DNA from: an uncultured bacterium
Lineage (GTDB): Bacteria; Patescibacteriota; Gracilibacteria; BD1-5; UBA6164
Assembly: GCA_942490775.1 (NCBI GenBank)
Contig: CALNYL010000013.1
Coordinates: 22,981 to 86,980, forward strand
Length of the DNA stretch: 64,000 nucleotides
Direction: 5' to 3'
Numbering within the stretch: the first letter of the stretch is position 1; each line of letters begins with the position of its first letter. This document shows positions 34,538 through 45,957 of the stretch, piece by piece. The notes under the pieces were generated by a model. The model was not told the origin of the DNA, searched no databases, and saw nothing but the letters and a program-made list of their open reading frames with translations. The position numbers and the translations under genes were made by a program.

Positions 34538-35821
34538 ATGTGAAAAATAATAAAGAAATCCCTAGATACAGCAATAATCAGCAGAAAAAGATTTTCACTC
34601 TCAATGAGATGAAAGTTTAAAATAGAATTTGCAAATGACAGCTTCTGACCATACAGATATAAATTTGCCAGAGAAGACTGTTATTTTAGTGAATGATTAC
34701 AAGAAAGATGAGCCTCAGTATTTCCATTGAAAAACAAGAAAGTAGATAACACAGAAATATTTCTAGAAACAAATGATATAGTAATAGCAATTTGAGAAAG
34801 ATGAACTCTAGTTTGAGAAGAAAGGACATTTATTGACGTGATAAATATAAAAACAGAGAAAAAATACAGACTATTTACAAAAGAAGTAAATTTAATCTAC
34901 AATGAAAAAGATAAAATAATAGTAAATGCAGAAAAAGACTGAGTATTTAAAACAGTGTATTTAGATCTTGAAACATTAGAAAAGCTAGAAGAAAAAACAG
35001 AATGACTATTTGCATTTTTTAAATGTGTTTATCACAAAGAGGAGAAAAAGTGGTATAGACTAGATTTTAATTTTTTAGAAAATCAAGTAGAGAGTGAAGA
35101 AACTAAATATAGACAATGATATTTTAGCTTAAAAGAAATTGATGTGAAATGAAAACCTAAGAGATTTAATACTGAGAAATTGTTATTAAAAACTGAGATT
35201 TGAGAGATAAATGTATTTGAAGAAAGTATTTGATTTACAGATAAAAAATACATTATTAAGGAAAACGATTTTGAAAATTATGAAAAAATACAAGAAAAAG
35301 GTTTTTTAATTTCGTGGAATGCGGATTTATCAACAAAAAGAGTTTTAGACGAAAAAAAATGAAAAAAATTATTAGAAAATATTAATTTTATAAACACTCA
35401 AAGTTATATACTCTCATCTGTTAAAGTAAAAAGAATAATAGAACTTTTTAGTAATACTAGTCAATTATGAAATTTTAAATTCATTTTTTTAGAAAAATGA
35501 AAATTATATTTTTTAAATAAGAAAGACTTAAACAGGGTTTCAGATACACATAATTCACAATGAATATTATTTTTATCATTACCAATTATTTTACTTCTAA
35601 TGTGATGAAGTTTCTCAAAATCATTTAGAGAATTCCTTGTTGCTGTTGTTCTCACATTACCTATTTTTGGTGTAGCTCTTTTTATATTTTTTCGAAAAAA
35701 TAAAAGTAAACTAAGTAATAACGAATTATGAGAACAATATATATGGGAAGGAAAAAGAATATACTTTTCTAAATACAATGATTTTATCTTGTATTATGTA
35801 AAAGAAGATTTTAATAACTAA
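34538..35821 (+). CDS. Hypothetical protein (427 aa), paralog A, C-terminal hydrophobic segments
   Basis: Traced codon by codon from ATG 34538 to TAA 35819-35821. The first ~190 aa align with the gene at 35907 (MGKIIKKS, KIEFANDSFGPY, NTEIFLET-DIVIA-GERG, KTEKKYRLFT-EVNLIYN, IIVNAEKDG, AFFKCVY, KWYRLDF). Confidence 0.65.
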
Positions 35822-35830
35822 AAGATAACT

Positions 35831-35870
35831 TTAGCTTCTCAATAGAGGTTTTCCCCCTTTGCTATAGAAT
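35831..35870 (+). repeat. Hairpin repeat family, variant lacking the first hairpin
   Basis: TTAGCTTCTCAATAGAGGTTTTCCCCCTTTGCTATAGAAT aligns with the outer parts of the 52178-52246 copy. Confidence 0.55.
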
Positions 35871-35906
35871 AAAAAGAAACTTAAAATACTTTAACCCAAA
35901 AAAACT

Positions 35907-36605
35907 ATGTGAAAAATAATAAAAAAATCTGTAGATTCTGTAATAATAGATAAAAAGAAATTCTCACTCTGAATGAAATGAGAATTTAAAATAGAATTCG
36001 CAAACGACAGCTTTTGACCATATAACTACAAATTTACTAAAGAAGACTGTTACTTTAATGACGGTCTACAAGATAGATGAAGTAAAATATTTCCCCTGAA
36101 ATGAAAGACCTCAGGTAACACAGAAATATTTTTAGAAACAAGTGATATAGTAATAGCCGTTTGAGAAAGATGAAGTCTAAAATGAGAAAATAAAACATTC
36201 ATAGACATAATAAATATAAAAACAGAAAAAAAATACAGACTATTTACCACAGAAGTAAATTTAATCTATAATCAAGAAGATAAAATAATAGTAAATGCAG
36301 AAAAAGATTGAGAATACAAAACAGTCTATTTAGATACTCAAACACTAGAAAAACTAGAAGAAAAATCAGAATGACTACTAGCATTTTTTAAATGTGTTTA
36401 TAATGATATAGAAGATAAATGGTACAGACTAGATTTTTTTCCTTCTGATGAAAACGAAAAAGACCAAGAAAAAAAGCACAAAAATGGTTTTTTTTCATTA
36501 GTATTTCTTTGAAATTATCCAGAACCAGTTTTTTTTGATAGAAAAAACTTTATGGTAAATTTTAAAAAATGAATTCTAAATGTTTGGGAAAAAAGTTTTA
36601 AATAA
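35907..36605 (+). CDS. Hypothetical protein (232 aa), paralog B
   Basis: ATG 35907 to TAA 36603-36605. Homologous to the N-terminal half of 34538-35821. Confidence 0.65.
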
Positions 36606-36677
36606 GATAAAAAAAAACTATTTTTCCATATTTCTTTAGTTTTAAAGAAATGAATTATTAATTTAAAAAATTAAAAT

Positions 36678-37232
36678 ATGTGGAGATATACTTGGGATTA
36701 TGAAACATTTAAAGATAAAAATTTGCTTAATAATCAAAACTATATGCTTAGTGAGGAATTGAAAAAAAGCTTATTTTTAAACGATTTTCTATGAATAAAT
36801 AACTTTTCTATTTTTTATGTACTAAAATTAATTTTTAAATCATTCTCAAAAATAGTTTTATACTTTTATAGTAAGAAATGGGAATTTTTAATTTTATATG
36901 TTTATCATATTTTTGTCATAGTTTTGTTCAGTTATTTCTTTATTAATTTATATTTTTATTTTAGTTTATATTTATTTTTTAGTTTTAATATAATATATGC
37001 TATACAGATGTATCTTTCTTTAAAGGTTATGATAGTTGGATTTAGATGAAAAAAATGAAATAATTTAATAAGGCATAGTTATACTTCAAAATTAGTTCCA
37101 CATATAACAAAAAAGAAGGATTTTTTAAATATGAAACATACTGAATTTAAAGGATTATATAAAATGTTATTTTATTGAGTTGTTTCCCATATTACTGTTT
37201 TTTGAAGTATTTATATTTTTAGTTTATTTTAG
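36678..37232 (+). CDS. Hypothetical membrane protein (184 aa), member 1 of a tandem trio
   Basis: MWRYTWDYETFKDKNLLNNQNYMLSEE..., followed by F/I/L/Y-rich hydrophobic segments. Confidence 0.5.
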
Positions 37233-37237
37233 AAAAT

Positions 37238-37705
37238 ATGAATAACTATTTATTACCAAAAGATAATAATCTAAAGAATAATAATAACTATATTCTTGGT
37301 TCTAATTTAAGGCAAAAAATATGTCTGGATTATTTATTTCTTGTAGACTTAAATAATGATTACGACTTTTTTATGAAACTTTTTTATAAAATTACTTTTA
37401 AAGTCTTTAATTATCTTTATTTTTGGGAACAAAAAATTAAACTAAAAAAAATTGTGATTCTGATTCTACATGATATCTTATATTTAAAATTTATATTTTA
37501 TCCAGTCATTTTGTTTTTTTTAGATAACATAAACGGAATATCTACTTGTTTATTTCTAGGAACAATCTTGATATTTGCAATTGTAAATTTTTATATATTT
37601 AAAATGCTGTATATACTAAAAACCTTTTATATTCTAATAACAAATCCTAATGGGAAATATTATTATGTAGTAAAAAAAAGTAAATTATGAAAAATAACTT
37701 TTTAA
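37238..37705 (+). CDS. Hypothetical membrane protein (155 aa), member 2 of a tandem trio
   Basis: MNNYLLPKDNNLKNNNNYILGSN... The track ORF is extended 5 codons past TGA. It overlaps the next start. Confidence 0.5.
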
Positions 37706-38514
37706 ATAATCAGAATTATATTTTATGAAAAACTGAAAAGAAAAAGCTTTTGAGTAAATTTTTTGTGGAAAATAGCATAAAAAATATTTTTTCTATATTA
37801 ACAAAAATATATAATATTATTAATGAATATCTTGTTAAGATTCTTATATTCTCTCTATTTATTTTTTTTATAGTAGTTATTTTCAAAATATATTGAATAT
37901 CTTTATACTTACTCATTTTTATATTTTTAATTTTCTTAGCTTATTTATCATACAAATCTGGTATAAAAAAGAGAACCTACTCATCTAATTATTCATATTT
38001 ATGAAAGAGTTCTTTTTATTTACCTAAGAAGACAGAAAAGATATTCTCTATAACTAATTTTAAAAGTTATTTTCTATATTGAGACATAAGCAAGGAAAAA
38101 TGAACATCTTATAACTTTTTTTATTCAAGTGAAGATAATAAGTGAGAAAGAAATATGATAACAATGAAAATATTTTTAATTTTCCCTGCAATCTATTCAC
38201 CTATTTATACTTATGATGCTTTTTTTGTTGGTAAAGTAAGTATTTCTTTATTTTTATGACTCAACATATTTTTTTTATCTATCTATGTATACTTTATTTT
38301 CCGTTTTAAAGTTATAAATACATTGTTATTTCCTTTTCTATTTATATACATTCTTTTTATATTTATTATATCTATAATAAATATATTTCTCTTAAAATGA
38401 ATAAACTGATATAACTTTATAAAAAACACCCCCGAAAAAAATATTCTAAAAAAGTTTGATACAATAAATAAAAAATTTGCTCAAAATAAATTTTATGAAA
38501 TAAAAATTAAATAA
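37687..38514 (+). CDS. Hypothetical membrane protein (275 aa), member 3 of a tandem trio
   Basis: MKNNFLNNQNYILGKTEKK... Several hydrophobic segments. TAA 38512-38514. Confidence 0.5.
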
Positions 38515-38518
38515 ATCT

Positions 38519-39304
38519 ATGCACAACATAGCTACAATATACCGTTTCAATACTCCTTTTTTAGATTTAGAGGCTGAGAAAAACAATCTAATCTCAGTTA
38601 TTAGAAAAATAAAAAAATGTCTAGAGTTAGAATGAATAAGATATATAAAATGTGAAGAAAGAATATTGAACTATCATAAAATAATTTTAGATCTTGAAAA
38701 TAAATTATGAAAAATAGAGTTTTTTTATTTAATTAATAATATAAAAGAATATTATTTACCAGTCTTTAAATTAAATATTTATTTAAGCCTAAAATTTTTA
38801 GCAAATAATGAAACCAAAAGAAAAACAACCTTATTTTTAACAAATATATTTGAATGCTTTGACTGATTAAATGAAAGAGAATTTTTAATAGACCTAGATA
38901 ATACAATTTACTATAAAACATGATTATTCAGAAAAAGATTCCCAGATTATGATTTCTCAGATATTGAAATCATCAGAAAAGTATTTGAAAAAAAAGAAGG
39001 AACTACACTAATAGAAGACTTCATAAAAAGATTCTCTTGAAAAACCTTTGAACTAACCATAGAAAGATCAAAATATTACCACAAAATCCACTCCACTTTC
39101 CTATACTTCATTTACCTAATTTTTCTAATGCACCAAAATATAGAAAAAACCAGAAAAACAAAACAAAATATAAATAATATCGATGGATTATATGAATGAC
39201 ATATAGACCTTATGAAAAAAAGGCTTTCTTATATAGAAGACTTACATCTGAAGACATTTGAAAAATACAAAAATAGACTAGAAATGTTTTTTGAGTTGTT
39301 TTAG
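38519..39304 (+). CDS. Hypothetical protein (261 aa)
   Basis: ATG 38519 to TAG 39302-39304, 4 nt after the previous stop. One hydrophobic segment (FLYFIYLIFLM). Confidence 0.55.
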
Positions 39305-39378
39305 ATATTTAAGTAGTTTATAAAAAATAGAAGCAACAAGCTGTTACTTCTATTTTTATTATCGTACATTTTTTTTAT

Positions 39379-40341
39379 TTAATCCACCTTTCACTCAGCT
39401 TTTTTTAATTCTTGCTGTATTTGAGACCTATATTTATCAGCAATTTCTAATCAAATTTCATTCCATCTATCCTTAACTTCAGAAGAACTACCTTTTATAC
39501 TTTCTCCAGAGACTCCATAGTGAAGAATCAAATAGTTTAAAGGTCATAAAGTACTAATTAAAGTTTCTCTATTATTTTTCCCTCCTTCACTATTCATAGA
39601 TATTATTGCTTGTTTCTTATTTTCATCAAGAACAGCTCTTTTTTCTTCATCTGTTAGTTTTGTACCTTTAATTTCTCTAGCTTTTACAAGACTAGTATTA
39701 TTATCTTCTCAGATAGGGCTAAGTCATGCTTTTTTTAATAACATTCATGTACTAGAACTAATATCTCCCCCCATACTAGTTTCAGCATATGTTACAAAAT
39801 CAAAATTAACTTTTTCATTTAAAGATAGAAGTTTTTCAACATAACCACTATTAGGTACTTTTCAATAAATAGCTGTAAGTAAAACATTTAACCCCTCTTC
39901 AGAGATAACTCTTTCTGAAAGAAATTCTTTTGGATCATTTCTACTTAAAAACACTTTGTTTTCTAAATAGCTATAATCAGTTGATGATACAGAACCTTTT
40001 AGTTTTCATCAATATTTTTTAAACTTTTCTTTGGCTAACTTTTCTCATCAGCATCCTAGAGCTACTCTCATCATATTATTAAATAAATTTACAGATATAT
40101 TTCCAGACTCTTCTACCTCTTTTTCAAGTAAAGAAAGTATTTTTTCATCTATACATACAGCATTTTCTGTAATTTTATTATATACTATACTTAAAGTATC
40201 TCCATTGAAAGTTTTTTTATCCAGAAGAGTTTTAAGTTTATCTGGATTATCTAAATTATCTATTATTTCTTCAGCATTTTTCATTTCAGGACTTTTCGGA
40301 AGTCCATCAGGTATATCTGTATTTTTTTCTCCATTATTCAT
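39379..40341 (-). CDS. Hypothetical protein (320 aa)
   Basis: All codons checked; extends track ORF 40048-40341. No recognised motif. Confidence 0.65.
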
Positions 40342-40374
40342 ATTTTTATATATTATAAAATTAAAATATTTTTT

Positions 40375-40539
40375 TTAAAAGATTTGTTCTAAGATTCCTT
40401 CAGCATCATCTTTTTCAGCCTTTTCTTTTTTATTTATAATTAATTTATAACTTTTTTTTCTTTCTTTCAATTCCTGCTTCCTTTCCATTAATATTTTAGC
40501 TTTTTCTAAAATATCTTCTTTAGTTATTATTTTACTCAT
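40375..40539 (-). CDS. Small hypothetical protein (54 aa), charged and helical
   Basis: MSKIITKEDILEKAKILMERKQELKERKKSYKLIINKKEKAEKDDAEGILEQIF. Confidence 0.3.
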   Translation of the reverse strand: MSKIITKEDILEKAKILMERKQELKERKKSYKLIINKKEKAEKDDAEGILEQIF

Positions 40540-40674
40540 AAATTATAGAATATTTTTTAAAATCTTATTACAAAGTAATTGTATCCTATATTTTTTAGAT
40601 AGTCAAATTTTTGCATTTTCCAAACTTATCCATACAATAAACCAAAATTTATAAACTAACTAAAAAATACCCAT

Positions 40675-42567
40675 ATGCAACTATCAAAAATAAGAAACTT
40701 TGGGATAATAGCCCACATAGACCACGGAAAATCAACCCTAGCAGACAGACTACTAGAAATAACATGAACCATAGAAAAAAGAGACATGAAACACTGACAA
40801 ATGCTAGATACCATGGAACTAGAACAAGAAAGATGAATTACCATAAAGTTACAACCAGTAAGAATGAACTATAAATGATACGAACTAAATATTATAGATA
40901 CCCCATGACATGTAGATTTCCAATACGAAGTAAGCAGAAGCCTAGCCTCAGTAGAATGAGCCCTACTAGTAATAGATGCAACACAATGAATAGAAGCACA
41001 AACACTATCAAATGTATACATAGCCATAGAACAAGACCTAGATATAATACCAGTAATAAATAAAATAGACCTACCAGCCGCTGATGTACCAAGAGTAGAA
41101 GAAGAAATAATAACCCTACTATGATGCGATAGGGAAGACATAATACCAGTCTCAGCAAAAACAGGAGAAAATGTAGAAGCAATCCTAGAAGCAGTTATAA
41201 AAAGAGTAAGACAACCCAAAATATTCTCAGGTGAAGAAAATATAGAAAAACAAGAACTAAAAGCCCTAGTATTTGATAGCCAATACGACTCATACAGATG
41301 AGTAGTATCATATGTAAAAGTATTCTCAGGAGAAATCAAAAAATGAGACACCCTACACTTCTTAAACACAAACAAAAAAATAGAAGCACTAGATGTATGA
41401 TACTTTTCACCAAGTTACAAAAGTGATAAATCCATATGACTATGATCTATAGGATATGTTGTAACATGACTAAAATCCATAAGAGAAGCAAAAGTATGAG
41501 ACACACTATGGAAAGCAAAGAATATAGAATGACCAAAAGACAAACCAGAAGATGCAAAAGCCATAGACTGATTTAAAAAAGTAGTACCACTAATCTATGC
41601 ATGAGTATTCCCAATGAGTAGTGATGAATACCCATTACTAAAAGATGCAATGGAAAAACTTATGCTAAACGACTCAGCACTCCATAAAGATGCAGAAGTA
41701 AGCCCAGCACTAGGAAACGGATACAGATGTTGATTTCTAGGACTATTACATTTAGACATAGTAAAAGAAAGACTATTCAGAGAATTTGATATGGATGCCA
41801 TAATGACATCCCCACAAGTAACATACAGAATAAAAATGCTATGAGACAAAACAAGTGAATACTCTAGATTTAGAACCGAAATCATTTGACAAGAACAATC
41901 AAGCTGAAAACCATTTACATACATATATATATCAAACCCAGAAGATATGCCAGAAAGGGAAAAATACCTAAGCATAGAGGAACCAATAGCAAAAGTGGAG
42001 ATAATAACACCCACAGAATTTGTTTGAAACCTAATGCAACTATCACAAGAAAGAAGATGAATATTTAAAAATCAGCAGTTTATAGATAGCTCAAGAGTTA
42101 TGCTAACTTACGAACTACCAATGAATGAACTAATATGAGATTTTTATGATGAGTTAAAAAGCCTATCAAGCTGATATGCAAGCCTAAACTATGAGTTTTT
42201 AAAATACAAAGAAGACGATTTAACAAAATTAGATATGCTAATAGCCTGAGAAAAAGTATGAGCACTAAGTATGATATGCCACAGAGACCAAGCCAGATAC
42301 ATCTGATGAAAGGTAACTAAAAAGCTAAAAGAAGTAGTCCCAAGAGCTATGTTTGCAATAGCAATTCAAGCAGCAGTTTGAGGACAAGTAGTAGCAAGAG
42401 AAGATTTATCAGCTATGAGAAAAGATGTAACAGCAAAGCTTTATGGTTGAGATATATCAAGAAAGAAAAAGCTTTTACAAAAGCAAAAAAAAGGTAAAAA
42501 GAAAATGAAACAGTTTGGTAAAGTTAGTTTACCAAGTGAGGCATTTGTGAATTTGTTGAAGAAGTAG
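40675..42567 (+). CDS. lepA: Elongation factor 4 (LepA)
   Basis: 630 aa. Motifs [32 protein letters not shown] (Gly is TGA at 40906-40908), NKIDLPAA, and the C-terminal [13 protein letters not shown] block. Confidence 0.95.
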
Positions 42568-42618
42568 GGGGATATAATATTCAAGAAAAAATATATTTTA
42601 AATTTTAAAAAAATAATT

Positions 42619-43473
42619 ATGAAGAAAAAAGTTTTATTTATTTTGTTTCTTAGTTTGATTTTTGCTTCTTGTCAAAAAGAAGACTTAAATAAAAATGTAA
42701 CAATAAATACTAAATCTTGAGTTGTAGAAACTCCGAATAACTCAGAAAATATTGAATCTAATAAAGAAAAAGAGTTTGAAAATAAGTTATCAAACCTAGC
42801 TAAGCAGAAGGAAATTGAAACAAAATTATCAGATTTAGAAAAGCAAAAAGAGGAATTAGTTACAAAAAATGATGTATTACAAAAAAAATTAGATGAATGT
42901 CTTTCTAAGAAGGTTAATAAAGATGGTTTAATGTTAAATGAACAAAGTAAACATTTTTCTTTTCTGTTAAATGAATGAAGTATTTATAAAGTTCCTTTTG
43001 GTCACTGAAATGTTATTGGTGGAGAAGATTTAACAAAAGATTTTGAAATCATTAATAAAGATTGCAATAAAGAGCAATGAACGGTAAAACTATTTGTTTC
43101 TCCAACTTTATTTGATAATCAAAGATATATCTTATCTGAATATAGGGAATGTCGTTGCAATTCTGGTTGTGGTAGTCAATGAGAATACATATTCAATACA
43201 GATACTCTAAAATATATATCAACTAAAGAAATAAATAATGAATTATCAAAATATGATGAAATAAAATGAAACTTTTGATATCAAATAAAAGATATAAAAA
43301 ATGATAATTTAATTCTAAATATATTTAAATGAGAATGGGATACTTGATTGTGAAGTTCTCAGGAAGATTTAGTTAGTGACTTAAATCTTTCAATTAAAGA
43401 GATAGAAGAAAAGTATGAAGTGAAGTTTGTAAGGGAAATTATAGTTAAAGATTTATCTAGATTATTTAAATAG
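42619..43473 (+). CDS. Lipoprotein, hypothetical (284 aa)
   Basis: MKKKVLFILFLSLIFASC is a signal peptide plus lipobox Cys. A coiled-coil-like segment is followed by a Cys-containing domain. Confidence 0.7.
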
Positions 43474-43571
43474 CTTTTACAAAAGCAGAAAAAGGGGAAG
43501 AAGAGGATGAAGCAGTTTGGTAAAGTGAGTTTGCCAAGTGAGGCATTTGTGAATTTGTTGAAGAAGTAGGG
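43473..43571 (+). repeat. Duplicate of the lepA 3' end (99 nt), non-functional copy
   Basis: It matches 42471-42569 at about 89 of 99 positions, and the last ~45 nt, including TAG, are identical. It would encode [31 protein letters not shown]. Confidence 0.85.
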
Positions 43572-43600
43572 AAATATTTTAAAAATTAACAATAATAACC

Positions 43601-43978
43601 ATGAAAACAAAACTAAAAAAAGCATTTTTTTATATATTAGTAACCTGTATATGATTTTTCAATTTTGTATTAACAAAAGCAGCAGTTATTCTTTGAGAAG
43701 ATAGGGTTAATGTAGCAGTATTATACTGAATTCAGGAACCAGAAATAGATAAAAAACTTAAAATTACTTATTTTATATTAACATTTTCATCCTTTATACT
43801 TTCTCCTATTATATTTTTAATAGGACTATATTATCTAATAAATAAAAAGTTTAACGGAAAAAAGAAAAAAATATGAATAATATTTTTAGTAATATCATTA
43901 CTTACTTTTATAATAACATTTTTTTGATTATATGCTATGGGAGAACTTGTAGATATAGACTCATTTAGAATATTTTAG
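43601..43978 (+). CDS. Hypothetical membrane protein (125 aa)
   Basis: Three hydrophobic segments. It ends 17 nt before the radical SAM gene. Confidence 0.5.
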
Positions 43979-43994
43979 AAATACAAATAAAAAA

Positions 43995-45089
43995 ATGCTA
44001 AAACAAATATTTAAACTCTGAAGACAAAAACTCTGGCTAAAACACAGAGACTTCATAATAGAAGAACACAAGTTAAAATATGTCTTTTGGGAATGCACAC
44101 TAAACTGTAACTTCTTATGCAAACACTGTTGAAGTAATGCCTGAGAAGAACACATAAAAGAAACACTCTCTACACAAGAAATTAAAGATACTTTTTTAGA
44201 CATCTCTAAAAATTTTGATGCCAACAAAATCACGATAGCCATAACAGGATGAGAACCACTTCTTAGGAAAGATTTATTTGAAGTTATGGAATATGCTCGT
44301 AGCTTATGATTTTATTGGTGAATGGTAACAAATGGATTTTTCATTACACCAAAAGTAATAAAAAAAATGAAAAAATCATGAATGTGAACAATTGACATAA
44401 GTGTTGATTGATTATGAAAAATTCATGATAATTTTAGAAATAAAAAAGGATCTTATGATAAAAATATAGAAAATATAAAACTATTACAAAAAGAAAACTT
44501 TTTAAACCCCCTAAGGATAACTACAACAGTTAATAAAAATAATATAGACTCACTAGAAGAAATGTATAAAACATTTCTAAATATTTGAATAAAACAATGG
44601 AGACTTCTAAATATAGACCCAATATGAAGAGCCGAAATTGAAAATAAAGATTTATTATTAGAAAAAAAACAGCAACACAAACTCTATGACTTCATAAAAC
44701 AAAAAAGAAAATCTTGAAAAATGAAAGTAGAGACAGCATGTGCTCATTTTCTATGAGATGAATTTGAAGATGAAGTTAGAGATAGTTTCTTCTTTTGTAA
44801 CACATGAATAACAACCTGAACAATACTTCATAATTGAGATATATTTGTTTGTCCCAATGTACCAAGAGAAAAACATCTGATTCAATGAAATGTAAAAAAA
44901 GATTCTTTTTCAGAAACATGGAACAAAAAATTTGATTTTTTTAGGGATAAAAATAAACTAAAAAATGATAAATGCAGTAAATGTGAATATTGGGAAGAAT
45001 GTCTTTGATGACCAGTTCACAGCTTTGATTTCAAAAATAAAAAGCCTAAACTATGTTTTTTAGATGAAAAACATAGTCGGGAAAGTTAA
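43995..45089 (+). CDS. Radical SAM enzyme with a C-terminal SPASM-like Cys cluster
   Basis: 364 aa. Motifs ECTLNCNFLCKHCGS (CxxxCxxC), ITGGEPLL, FCNTGITTGTILHNGDIFVCPN and KCSKCEYWEECLGG. Confidence 0.85.
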
Positions 45090-45112
45090 TATTCTTCTTC
45101 CTATCCATAAGC

Positions 45113-45727
45113 CTACAAATATAAAACATACAATAATCAAAGCACCACTCCTCAAACAAGTAAAAAACTTAGTATTTTTAAATAAACTGGTGAATCCAAA
45201 ACTCTAACAAAATGAGAAAATTCTCTTTTAAGCGAAGTATAGTTCTCCAATGTTCCTTTTTCAGATTTAATCTGTTTTATAGCATCTTTCAAATTCCAAT
45301 TATTTTGTATAAGATACTTTTCAGCCTCCACCATATCAATTCAAGTTTCAGGAGTCTCTAAGTAATGTCTTCCTAAACTCAATATATAACGATTTTCAGG
45401 AATATGTTTAGAATCTCACATATTTCAAAGAAAATATATTTTATAATATTTCATTCTTTCCTCCTTCGGGCTTTTATACTTCTCTACCATTTTTTTATGT
45501 TTCTTATTTAAAATTTTAATTTTTTTTGCTAGATCCCCTTTGTTATTTATTAATTCTTTAACATTCTTATTTTCTAAAAGAATCCTCTTTTGCTTTTCAA
45601 TTTCAGTCTCAATTTCAATAGTTTCACTACTATTATAATAGTATTTTCTTTTCATCACCTTTTCTTGAGTAAATTTTTTCATTATTAATGATCTTTTCTG
45701 AGCCTGAGTAAGATTATTATTTTGCAT
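45113..45727 (-). CDS. Hypothetical protein (204 aa) with a C-terminal membrane anchor
   Basis: Track ORFs 45425-45727 and 45152-45334 are one frame joined by TGA codons. All codons checked. Ends at TAG 45113-45115. Confidence 0.55.
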
Positions 45728-45776
45728 TATATTTATAACTTAATAGTAGATAATAAACTTATATGGAAATAGAAAT

Positions 45777-45874
45777 GTAGCCTCTTTCTCCTGAGAAGGA
45801 CAAGTGAAGAAAGGAGTACTTTGTACGACTATTCTGAATTTGAAGCTTGCAGAGAGAATTTAGAGAGAGGTTTT
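45777..45874 (+). repeat. Hairpin repeat family, composite copy with an internal insertion
   Basis: GTAGCCTCTTTCTCCTGAGAAGG ...51 nt... AGAGAGAATTTAGAGAGAGGTTTT. The outer parts match the 52178 copy. Confidence 0.6.
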
Positions 45875-45957
45875 TTATTTCCATACAACTTTAATATAAC
45901 TTTATCATATAGTAGTTAATCTTGCAATATTCAAGTATAATTGAAACATAAATAAAA

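Noticed and set aside
35461-35778. The minus-strand 105-aa ORF with an HNH-nuclease-like stretch (LHHIRSKIIGNDKNNIHCELC).
   Set aside because: The plus-strand ORF 34538-35821 runs through this region for 427 codons without TAA or TAG, and it is homologous to the neighbouring gene. The HNH-like match lacks the final His and an upstream CxxC. I treat it as coincidence.
40869-41375. The 168-aa minus-strand ORF in the track, plus overlapping ORFs at 40892-41182 and 41595-42014.
   Set aside because: They lie antisense inside lepA, which reads continuously for 630 aa with every EF-4 motif under TGA=Gly. They are shadow ORFs of an A/C-rich coding strand.
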